Positions 11,246-22,471 of a stretch of DNA of 64,000 nt are shown piece after piece. This DNA comes from Vitrella brassicaformis CCMP3155 (lineage: Eukaryota; Protista; Chromerida), in assembly GCA_001179505.1 (NCBI GenBank), contig CDMY01000447.1:1-64000 (forward strand), read 5' to 3'. How positions within the stretch are numbered: position 1 is the first letter of the stretch; every line of letters starts with the position of its first letter. Made by a program: the position numbers and the translations under genes. The notes under the pieces were generated by a model. That model was not told where the DNA came from and ran no database searches. It saw only the letters and a list, made by a program, of their open reading frames with translations.

Positions 11246-11733
11246 CCCCCCCCCCCCCCCACACACACACACTCAGCTGTCAACTGCCGCTCGCCCTCCC
11301 TCATTGATTCGTGTGTGGTTTGCATACGTGTGGAGGGCATCTCTGTCGTTCTTGTGGAGGAAGTCGAGTGTGTGTTCGTCGATAACGGCACCATGGCGGT
11401 TCGCAGTGTGGTTGTTGCCCATCTCGCCCTCTACGCTCCTGCCGGACGGATCAACTCCACACTCATGCCAATGCTATGGATGAAATCGATGGCTTCGATT
11501 GTCGAACACCGCAGGAGGCCACTGCCGACTGCGCACGACCGCACGACCTTCTCGTTGATCCCAGGAAAAATGCGAGCTGCGACCGGGCGAGTTGCGAGCC
11601 GGAGGAAGGAAAACTGCGTGTGGCAGCAAATCGGGACATTCGAACCCCCCGTGCAGCTGTGGTCGTTGCCCTCGCCCGAAACACAGATCGCATTCACTCT
11701 CTCGCGTCGTCGCGTAGCCCTCGTCCCTCTGTG

Positions 11734-12524
11734 ATGGCCACGATGTCCCTCCGCGAGAAGGTGCCCTTCGGTAAGTGAGCCACCACCATGACAGGCCACA
11801 GGGGCAGGGGCAGAGAGAGAGGGAGGGAGAGAGTCGCGTGAATGTGCCTCTGCTCTCTTGCACGGATGTCGGTCGCCCATGATGTGACTGACGTGGTTTC
11901 TTATGTCTGTGTGTGGATTGTTCAGAGAAGCGCACTGAGGAGGCGCACCACATCCGCGCCAAGTACCCCAACAGGATCCCCGTCATCTGCGAGAAGGCCG
12001 TACGGTCAGACCTGCCGCAGATTGACAAGAAGAAGTATGTGCCAAAACCGCACTGCACACCCACACAGAGAGGAGGGGGGAGGGAGGGAGGGCAGACCAG
12101 GGAGAGGTAGCTGCAGCACTCATTCATGTCGCCCCACCCACAGGCAGCAAGAGAGAGGGGGAGGGCAGGTGGCCACACACATGACACCGACGACGGGACG
12201 TGATGGTTTGTCTTTATCTTGGGGTGTGTGTGTGTGTGTGTGTGTGCCTGCCTGCCTGCCTGCCTGCCTGCCAGGTTTCTGGTTCCGGTGAACATGCTGG
12301 TGGGTGAGTTCAAGTACATCATCCACAAGCACATCAACCAGTGCAGCGACAACCGCGGCTCCAACTTCCCTGCCGAGAAGACCATCTACCTGTTCGTCAA
12401 CAACATGGTCCCCAAGGCCGGCGCCCTCATCAGCGAGATATACGAGCAGCACAAGGACGACGACGGCTTCCTCTACATGGAATACTCCGCCGAGAACACA
12501 CTCGGAGGTGGAGAGTATCACTAG
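11734..12524 (+). CDS. ATG8: Autophagy protein ATG8 (GABARAP/LC3 family); exons 11734-11770, 11926-12034, 12275-12524
   Basis: Spliced product: [131 protein letters not shown]. Contains the canonical [18 protein letters not shown] and [17 protein letters not shown] motifs. Confidence 0.97.
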
Positions 12525-15500
12525 ACAGACCAGACCACATCAGCTGATTATATGGTACATATGGTGCGGTGGCTGGGAGAGGAGACGGACACGCACACAC
12601 AGACACACACACGGTGGATAAATAAATGTGTGTGCTGGTGGTGGTGTCTGTGGTGCAGGGGGGTGCGGCGCAGAGCGGCGAGCGAGTTTGAACGATTGCT
12701 TAATGGCCATGTCGCTACGCCCGTGGGCAGGGCGGGGGGGATGGGCCTCCTTGCCTCCCTCGCCATATGATAGTGGTTTGACCGATCCATCCATCTGGGT
12801 TAGTGACTGCATGTGCCTATGAGAGCGAGTGTGACTGTGGGGAGATGAACGAACGAAACGATACACCATACTCATTTTTAGCTGGGTGTGCGCGGTGCCT
12901 GGCGGCTCTTGCCGCCGGCTGCTTACCTGCCTGCCTGCCTGCCTCCCGGTGGACTGCATGGATGTGGTGGCGTGAACGTGCTTCCTTGAACAAACTTTTG
13001 AGTGCGTACTTGCGTGAGAGCGTGACGACGCACCGCATGGCTGGCGCGGCTGGCTGGCTGGCTGACCGAGTGCATCGGATGGCTGTATGTCTGGGCGGGT
13101 GGCTGGATGGATGGCTGTGCGTCTCCGACTTGACTGTATCATATCCTATCCCACCCTCGACGACTGATTTTTGCCTTACTAAACAAGCAGACCACTTTAC
13201 CTGTCCCTGTACGTATGTCTGTATGGTGTGTGGTGTTTGCGGAGTGGGCGCCCCAGTGTGCATTGCAACGCTGGGGCCATCGCTCGCTCTCTTCTTATAT
13301 ATTGACTGACTCCCCTGCACACACATACATCTGTCATGGTGATACGTACGAGGTCGATGGCTGGTTGGTTGGACACGAAAGTTTCATTCTCTGCGTGGAT
13401 GGATGGATGGATGGATCGCATTTTTGAAGCGTGCCTGCCTGTCTGTCTGCCTCTCGGCTGTGTACCCACTTTGTGTGAGTGAGGTTCCCCGCCTCCGCAC
13501 ACACACGTCCTCTACCTGGGCTCACGCCTTAAACGATGTTCCGCTCCTTTGTCCATCCGTCAGGCCTTCCGCACAAACACCCATACACGCACTCACACAC
13601 ATATAGCCCCATCCATCCTGTCTACCAGCTTGCTCTTCTCTACGGTACGGAAAAAGTATGGCAACCGCACAGGCACGGGCAGGCGTGAAGCCGACTGACA
13701 CACCCATCCATCCATCCATCCGACACATCGATTGAACAGACCGGCAGGGCAAACAGGAAAAGGGAGACGCCGCTGCCGGCCTGTCTGTCTCTGTCAGAGG
13801 GAAGGAGGGATGGCGGTGTCGCTGGGGTGCGTGCCGTGCGGTGGCTGCAGCGAATACAAGCGCGTCCCGTCCGCCCCAGGAAGTGTCATACATACAGTGA
13901 CCATGTACGAAGGAATGATCAAGGAGACCATACACACACACATACACCCATACACATACACCCCTACCAACATCAGTGCCAGCCAAGCCATCCCTTTGAA
14001 AAACGGACGTCCGACACCCTGCCCCAGCAAATGATCAGCCAGCACTTGTTTCCCTCCCTCTCTCCCTGACACCACACTTCCTCTCTCCCCCAGCCTTCGT
14101 TCACTTCACCCCGGCCCCCCCGACACGCAAGGCCTTTCTCGGAAACGACACGCGACTGCAAACTGCAAACGGCAGACTAGGGAGAGAGTGGGGGGTGAGT
14201 GATTGGACTAAAAATGCATGTCTCATTCGTGTGTCCATCCAGCGACCCTCCGACCGACCGACCGACCGCCAGACGCACCATGCAGTGGATATCGATCCGT
14301 CCACGTAAACACACGCGACAGCCAAGGCAGCCGGCCAGCCCACCGATTGAAAGCAAGCACGAGTGACTTCGATCACGCACGGGAACGACGCGAGCACGTA
14401 TACAAGACAGATACGCAGAAAGTTTGGACCACGACGACCGACCGACCGACCGACCGACCCATGTCTCCTCTCACCAAGTGGAAAAAGATTGTCGCGCCCA
14501 CACAATCAATGCACCCGTCTCCCCCACCCCCACGCCACGTCACGTCATCAGTACGTACGCTGTAAAAATCCGGTTAAGGCGACCCGACACACGCAGTGAA
14601 TACATCCGAGCAGGCCGTCATCCCCCTCTTGCCCTCCCCTCCCCTCCCCCTCTCTCCCTGAGTGATTGTGTGTCGTGTGTCGCCACCAGATATAGGTTAG
14701 TTACGTGGATGTGTGTATATGTGTGGTTGGGGCGCGGTGGACGCGGATGAGGAGCGACGCCCAGTGAGTCAGTCAGTCAGTGAGTGAGGTGGTATGAAGG
14801 AAAAGCCATCCGTCCATTCATCCATCGTCACCCACACACATACACACAGACAGGGACACTAACACACACACACACGTAGGCACAGCATGTAGGCATGCAA
14901 GTATGTACACACAGTACACACACCATATCATATCGATCTGTCTGTCTGCCCCAGAGAGAAGAAAGAGTACATCACATACATCCATCGCTCGGATATGTAT
15001 AGACACCCACCCCACCTCACCCCACCCCACCACCCCGAGTCTCAAACACTCCACAAATGGACGGTCAGGCAGATTGGTCGGTATGGTTGGTATGCACCCT
15101 GGGGGTTGTCATGTGAAGCTCAGGCAGCCACGCACGCAGAGAGGCAGTCTATCAGCCAGCCAGCCACTCAGTCATCCGTCGGTCACTTCAAAGGCACAGC
15201 GGAGAGAGAGAGCGAGACAGCGAGTGGGCAGTCCGGCAGCTATGCAATGACTGAGCCATGCAGTCAAGTTGGCATCTCATTTATCGCGTCCATGCACCAA
15301 CCAACCAAACCAGCACGAGCATCTCCCCATCCATTCATCCATCCATCCAGATGACATGTTATGTTCGTCGTGTGGGAGTGAATTGAAAGCCAGCGACTGA
15401 CTGAGACACCATGCGCACCCTCCACCCAGCAGATCCCATGCAGCCATGTCCACCACTCGTGCATTCACGCTGTCAGCAGCAGTGGCAGCAGCAGCAGCAG

Positions 15501-17388
15501 CCTCTTTGCCGGAAAACCGTTCGAAAGACATTGGCAAAGGCGCCCACCCCTTGCTTGCGATATACTGCAAACAGTCAGGAGAAATTACAGGGGGGGCTGC
15601 ACTCGCTGCGCACCGCACGCAACACACACGCGTCTGGCAGGCAGGCAGGCAGGCAGGCCGAGTGCGTCACGATGATGTAAGCAGGTAGGTACTGTACAAA
15701 AGGCGGCCCACAGCAGCAGCACTCCCTCTCCTCCGAATGGAATGGATCGAGAAACACTCAGGTACGCAGACAAACACCCACACGTAGGCAGGTAGTCAGG
15801 CAGGATGCGCGTCTGTAGTATGTATGGTGTGTGCCGCTGTCTTGTGTTGTGTTGTGTTATGTTATGGGATGTGCGGAAAAAGGGGACAACGATCGACCGA
15901 TCGGTGAGTGAATGAATGAATGCGGTGGTTGAACGCGCACCCCGAAACAGTGGAAAAAAAGCGCGTCGCGTGTCATACAATGGTGTGTGGAGAAACGTCA
16001 GCCGGGTGTGCGCCGTACATCATAGTGCTGACTGCAGTGACTGACGATGGTGACAAGCAAACAAGGAAGGAAAAGTGTGTGAAGCGGTGTGTGTGTGTGT
16101 CGGGCAGTCTGTGTTGTACCTGGGGGCGACTCACATGTCATCGCCGGCGCCGCCACCCTTGATGAGCATTTCTGTCGACGAAATACTGATCAGAGATGGC
16201 CATGCCGGTCATGAGTATGTGGGATACCCACCATCATGGCTCGTGCAGTGCTCATCCAGTGTCTGTCTGTCTCGCTGTCTGTCTCCCTCTTCACTCGTGT
16301 GTGGTGAAGGGGAGAGTCACTCTCAGACAGCACAAGGCCGTACTGCTGACGAATCTGGCTGACTCGACCAGTTGATGCGACCCAGCCAGCTCCGCCAGCA
16401 GTCCCCGCCCTGTGCTGTCCGACAGGGACCACGTGGGCACACGAGACGCCAGTCAAATAAGGCCTCTCTGTCTGGGTGTGAGTCAGTTGCGCCCGCAGGA
16501 AGAGCGAATTCTCCTTCTCCATTCATGCGAATGAGTCAGTCAGTGAGTCAGTGAGTGCTTCCATGCATCGAAAAACAACACACCACGCAATGGAGTTCAG
16601 GCGGTGTGTGTCCGTGTGCGCGGGCGGCGCTGTGTGTCTGTCTGTCGCCACGCCGGATCGAAAAAGACTGCCGCTCGCGCACTCACATACACACACACAC
16701 ACACACACACACGTGGACATCAGCTGGCTACGCTCGCTGATGAAAGCCGCGAAAACTGGGGGGAAAACTGGTGTGTGTGTGGGTGTGGGTGTGAAGCACT
16801 CGCTCTCCTGCCTCTCTGTCTGCTTGCATTCCTTCCTACCTGCCTGCCTGCCTGCCTGCATCCCATGCATCCCTGCCTGACCGCCATGTCATCACACCAC
16901 ATCACACCACACCACACAAGGCAGCCGACACGAGCTGAGTCCCCAAGCTTCCCCGTCTCTCTCGTCTTTTTCTATGTACGCAATGCAATGCAATGCAGTC
17001 TATGGATATATGTAATGTAATGGGATGTGATGGGATGTAATGGGATGTAATGTAATGTGATGGACACGAGTGCATGCAGCTATGTCGTATGTATGTGTGT
17101 ATGCGTGTGTGTATGTATCCTCCGTCCGTCCGTCCGTCCGTCTATGCAGAGCAGCAGAAAACACCCATGGCGTGGCGCCTCGCCTCCATTCGCCGTCCCT
17201 TGTCTGTCTGTCTCCCCATCACACCCAGCACACCACACCACACCACACACACTTCGATTGACCGATCGGTCGTGTGCGGAAGAATACACCTGATCATCAA
17301 TCAATCAATCATTCAACCATCCATCCATCCAGCTACCTACCTCGCTACCTACATCCATCAGTGTGCGTCACGGTGTCGTGCGGGTGGG

Positions 17389-17688
17389 NNNNNNNNNNNN
17401 NNNNNNNNNNNNNNNNNNNNNNNNNNNNNNNNNNNNNNNNNNNNNNNNNNNNNNNNNNNNNNNNNNNNNNNNNNNNNNNNNNNNNNNNNNNNNNNNNNNN
17501 NNNNNNNNNNNNNNNNNNNNNNNNNNNNNNNNNNNNNNNNNNNNNNNNNNNNNNNNNNNNNNNNNNNNNNNNNNNNNNNNNNNNNNNNNNNNNNNNNNNN
17601 NNNNNNNNNNNNNNNNNNNNNNNNNNNNNNNNNNNNNNNNNNNNNNNNNNNNNNNNNNNNNNNNNNNNNNNNNNNNNNNNNNNNNNNN
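17389..17688. other. Assembly gap (300 N)
   Basis: Run of N, flanked by G-rich ends. Confidence 0.99.
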
Positions 17689-18767
17689 GGGGGATTGGGG
17701 GAAGGTGAAATGAGGGAGGGAGGGAAAATCGCCGGGCGGCCGGATACGCATAGACTAGGCTCACATACGGTTTGGTTTGACTGGCGCGCATGCATTGCAA
17801 TCATCGGATGCATCGAGAGGAGACAGAGAGAGACAGAGCCAGAGACAGAGAGGGGGACGAGCTACTGTGTAAGTATGCAGTATGTATGCAGTCAGTATGC
17901 AGCCATGCATTCATTCGCTCTCTCGCTCGGCAGCTCGGCATGTGGGTGCTGTGGTGTGTTGTCGAAAAACCACTCACATACATACATCAAACGCAGACTA
18001 GAGACAGACTGACTGACTGAGGGAGAGAGGGAGGGAGGGAGGGAGGCAGGAAAGAACAAGGAGGAGACAGCGGAGAGAAAACTCCACCAGACCCTCTCTC
18101 TCTCTCTCTCTCACCATGTACACACACAGACACACAAAGACAGACAGACAGACAGATCGGCACGCAGTTGTCGCGATCGATGTGTGGACGGGTCCCCTTA
18201 TTAATTCGCTGCCTACAGATGAGAGTGGGGGGGATTGGGGGAAGGTGAAATGAGGGAGGGAGGGAAAATCGCCGGGCGGCCGGATACGCATAGACTAGGC
18301 TCACATACGGTTTGGTTTGACTGGCGCGCATGCATTGCAATCATCGGATGCATCGAGAGGAGACAGAGAGAGACAGAGCCAGAGACAGAGAGGGGGACGA
18401 GCTACTGTGTAAGTATGCAGTATGTATGCAGTCAGTATGCAGCCATGCATTCATTCGCTCTCTCGCTCGGCAGCTCGGCATGTGGGTGCTGTGGTGTGTT
18501 GTCGAAAAACCACTCACATACATACATCAAACGCAGACTAGAGACAGACTGACTGACTGAGGGAGAGAGGGAGGGAGGGAGGGAGGCAGGAAAGAACAAG
18601 GAGGAGACAGCGGAGAGAAAACTCCACCAGACCCTCTCTCTCTCTCTCTCTCACCATGTACACACACAGACACACAAAGACAGACAGACAGACAGATCGG
18701 CACGCAGTTGTCGCGATCGATGTGTGGACGGGTCCCCTTATTAATTCGCTGCCTACAGATGAGAGTG
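17689..18767. repeat. Perfect 540-bp tandem duplication (2 copies), with a partial third copy after the next gap (19096-19142); probably an assembly artefact
   Basis: Lines at 17701 and 18241 read identically (period 540), and so do their ORF translations. The unit is bounded by a G-run and a C-run and lies between two N gaps. Confidence 0.9.
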
Positions 18768-18795
18768 ACCCCCACCCCCCCCCCACCACCACCAC

Positions 18796-19095
18796 NNNNN
18801 NNNNNNNNNNNNNNNNNNNNNNNNNNNNNNNNNNNNNNNNNNNNNNNNNNNNNNNNNNNNNNNNNNNNNNNNNNNNNNNNNNNNNNNNNNNNNNNNNNNN
18901 NNNNNNNNNNNNNNNNNNNNNNNNNNNNNNNNNNNNNNNNNNNNNNNNNNNNNNNNNNNNNNNNNNNNNNNNNNNNNNNNNNNNNNNNNNNNNNNNNNNN
19001 NNNNNNNNNNNNNNNNNNNNNNNNNNNNNNNNNNNNNNNNNNNNNNNNNNNNNNNNNNNNNNNNNNNNNNNNNNNNNNNNNNNNNNNNNNNNNNN
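18796..19095. other. Assembly gap (300 N)
   Basis: Run of N, preceded by a C-rich tract. Confidence 0.99.
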
Positions 19096-20504
19096 GTGTG
19101 GACGGGTCCCCTTATTAATTCGCTGCCTACAGATGAGAGTGACCCCCCCCCCCCCCCCACCACCACCACACCCCACCCACACTCGTTTCCCCGATACCAT
19201 CATGGCACAGAGCCACACGCAGACAGCACACAGGTCGCCCGCTCGCACACACACACACACACACGCACAAACATACGGGAGAAAATGGCTGCAAGATGGG
19301 ACAACTTGCTTGCTTACACGGTCAGTGCGCGAGTGAGTGCGTGCGTGAGGGAGGGAGAAAGAGAGAGAGAGGAATACACACGTGCTGGCGTGTGTCCACG
19401 TGTGAGTGAATGCGTTTGTGTGTGTGTGTGTGTGTGTGTGTTGGTGAATCTATAAACCCGCAGGCCAGTGGGGGCGAAAATTGCGGGGAGCCGTCGGGAT
19501 TGGCGCTCACCCTCCCAACCACAGCCACAAACACACACTCTCACACGCAGACACACCTGTGGATGCATTGCATCATCTACCCATCCACCATCCCTCCCCC
19601 CATCCATCCAGGAACACTCATAAGTCGTCAGTCACTTGATCTGATCTGTCGGCAGGCAAGGCAAGAAGGTGGTAAGTGAGCTAGAGAGAGTAGAGAGTAG
19701 AGAGTATGGAGGTATATACACACAGACAGACAGAGAGGGAGGGAGAAAGAGAGCGACTCACCTGGTGAGTTCGCTCGGGACACAGAACACAGGCAGGCAT
19801 CGCATCATGCCCAGGCAGGAAAAGGGTGAGCCAGTGAGCCAGCCGGCCTGTGTTTCGTGTAGGTGTATTATGTAGACAGAGAGAGAGAGAGAGAGAGCCC
19901 ATATATAGTACAGACAGACCGACGGCCTTGCTGAGCGGTGGAGAGGGGCGTGCGTGTCCTGAGGTGCAAAAATGCATGCGTGTTTGTTGCAGAAAACGCC
20001 CGCACCAGCCACCCCACCCGGCCACCGCACCAGTAACACCTTTCCCTTCCTCTCTTCAATCAACACGCAGGCAGAAGCCAGACATACAGACCGACAGACC
20101 TGTGGGCATGCAGGCGGGGCAAATAATGTGCGCACAAATGGAAGAAAAGCGCCACGCGCCGGGTGAAGGGAAGGGCGTCGGTATGCGGGATGGGCGGCCC
20201 TTCGGCCGTCTTGTTTGTGTCTTGCTGCGCCATCCGCCGCCCCCCACCCGGCCGTGCATCAATCAATCAATGAATCAATCAGGCAGGCAATCAGGCCCGT
20301 GGCGGGTGGGCCCTCGGAAAATCGGTGGGTCGCTCCGCTCCCTCACCTTGCCATCCATCCACCCACCCATTCACTCGAGCATCCACTTGAGCATATCGAC
20401 ACAGCCTAGAAGAAGCCTAGACTGACTGCTGCCATCCCTTTCCACTAGCAACCCTCCCGCTGCCCACCCACCCGCTCGCTCAGCCCACCCATTTGAGACT
20501 CACA

Positions 20505-20982
20505 TCACAGAGTGGTCTTCCGCTTGGCAAACCTGACACACACATCCAATCCCCACACGCACACACACACACACACATGCATGACACACACCTCACTTCA
20601 CCTGACCTCATCCTTTCCCTTCCCCCCCGCCCCACCAACCCACCTGTGTCCGATGGCCGTGGTGATGTCCTCGACGGTCTTCCACATGCGCTTGGGCGAC
20701 CCCTCGCTCGCCGGCGACGACACATCGCTATCGCCCGACGACGACGCATCGCTGGGCGACCGCGAGAGCGACGGCAGCAGGAGCACGGCCGACCGCACCG
20801 ACCGCAGAGGGGAGGGGCGGGGGGAGGAGGGCACAGAGGGCGACTGGCTGGTGCGCTTGGGAGTGCCGGCGAGGTCGGTGGTGGAGGCGAGCTGCAGTGA
20901 CTGCGCCCTGTCGCGGGCGAGGAATGACTCGGGTGGCGGCTGCTTGCAGGGGGAGAAGACAAGCTCCTCGCCCTCCTGATGA

Positions 20983-21015
<33 letters not shown>

Positions 21016-22167
21016 GTGAGTGTGGGTGTGACTGTTTTGCTGGCTGATCTGGGCACCGCACAGACATACCTGCGGCTCTAGCCATCCGTGTGCGCTGCCG
21101 TCTTTGTACTCACGGTCCTCCATGCTAGCACTCAGGTCGTCCAAACACTCCTCCAACGACGCATCACTCAACATCAGCATCGGACCCTACACACACACAC
21201 ACACACACAGACAGATGGAGGATGCAATCCACTCCTCCACCGACCCTCCCTCCCCCGCACCCCACTTCCTCACCTTAGCCAGTCTGAAAGTGTCCTGCAC
21301 AGTGCCGTCCTTGAGCGTCTCGATCTTGGCACTGTTGACGACGAACCCATGTGTTCTGACGGTCCGCATGACCCACGCCAGCATGCCCATCTCCGCCGGC
21401 CCCCTGATGAACAGCTCCCCCTCCTGCCCGCCGCCATGTGCATGTGTGTGCCGGCACACGCGGGTCGAGACACGGGGGTGGGGGTGAGGGGGGGAGGACA
21501 GCTCGGGGATGGGCGCCAACAGGGGAGACCGACCGCCTGCAGCAGAGGGGAGGGATGGAGGGATGTCACACACACAACAGTCAGTCTGGTGGTGTACACC
21601 TCTGGGGTGGTGAGAGTGCGGCTGGCTTTGACGCTGGCTGACCAGTGGAAGAGCTCAGCGAGCTGCTGAGGCCTGAGTGGGTGCTACACGTGTCGTCATC
21701 GTCACAGGGCTGAGACAAAGCCTGCAGGCACCGACACACACAGACAGAACAGACAACAGTCAAGTCAATGAGAGGTGACCGGTGTCACCGTCAGATGCCC
21801 AGCCACGGCGCCCACACCCATGTCTCAGCACGTGCACCCCTCCCCACCTTCCCCTTGTCTCCCTGCTCACCTCCTCAAGCACAGCCTTCAACCTGGGTAG
21901 CGTCATGGGCTGCATGCCGTTGCCGGCGCCGTCCGCCGCATGTTCGAGCTGGAAGACGTCCTTGATGCCGCTGCGGCGGCTCTGGGCGCGGGCGGTTGCG
22001 ATGGAGTAGCCGTGTGAGATGAAGCAGGTGGTCAGGAGCTGAAGGAGACCGGCGCGGTCGTTGCCGGTGATTTCGACATACGGATGGTCCGGTGTGCCGA
22101 CCACCGACACCCTGTACGCCGGGAGGTGCTTCGCCTGGCAGTCACTCGACGGTCTCGCTCTCAGCAT
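20505..22167 (-). CDS. Protein with two GlnD/ACR-type ACT domains and a Ser/Pro-rich tail; about 6 exons
   Basis: ACT1: YVEITGNDRAGLLQLLTTCFISHGYSIATARAQSRRSGIKDVFQL. ACT2: ELFIRGPAEMGMLAWVMRTVRTHGFVVNSAKIETLKDGTVQDTFRL. The last exon, 20532-20505, gives RFAKRKTTL*. One junction (~21600/21536) needs a weak donor, and the start is uncertain. Confidence 0.72.
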
Positions 22168-22471
22168 TCACACTTTTTTTCAGTGGGTGGGAGGGAGGGA
22201 TGGCAGGGAGGGAGGGCAGCTAGCCAGGTGTGGTGTCGCGACAGTCTCTCTCTCTCAACAGGATGTTGGTGTCTGATCCTCGTTCTTGCCCTTGTCTTCC
22301 GGTCCACTTGCGGAGACACTTGTGAAATGCGCGCTTCAGTAGATCGGCAGCCGACTCTTTCTCTGCGAATCGGTAGCTACAGACAGCCTGCACCAGAGAT
22401 CTGAGCCATGGGATCTGAGCAGCCGAGCAACCAGGAGCTGTATACAACACACTGGCACCAGTGAGTGAGCG

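Larger units (their letters stand above)
12540..20450. repeat. Microsatellite-rich region without a supportable gene: (CA)n, (GGAT)n, (GGCA)n, (CCGA)n, (CAGT)n and pentamer (ATGTA/ATGGG)-type tracts
   Basis: Direct inspection. ORFs here translate to microsatellite peptides (CVCV, THTH, PSIH, QTDR) with no recognisable domain. Confidence 0.7.

Noticed and set aside
11431-11700. Possible first exon of orphan copy A (EAIDFIH resembles ESIDFIH in copy B)
   Set aside because: Only a 12-nt match. The nearest donor is phase 1 while the acceptor at 10924 needs phase 2, and an N gap intervenes, so it cannot be resolved.
15277-15757. Protein-looking short ORFs (SAAPPVISPDCLQYIASKGW...; MFLDPFHSEERECCCCGPP)
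   Set aside because: No recognisable domain and no convincing splice chain linking them.
16616-16682. 13-bp stem (one G-U) with a 41-nt loop as an ncRNA
   Set aside because: GC-rich short stem, with no tRNA/snRNA/snoRNA motifs; compatible with chance.
17689-19142. 540-bp tandem repeat as a satellite or novel repeat element
   Set aside because: The copies are identical, bounded by G/C homopolymers, sandwiched between placeholder 300-N gaps, and the same end recurs after the next gap. This is the pattern of a contig placed twice.
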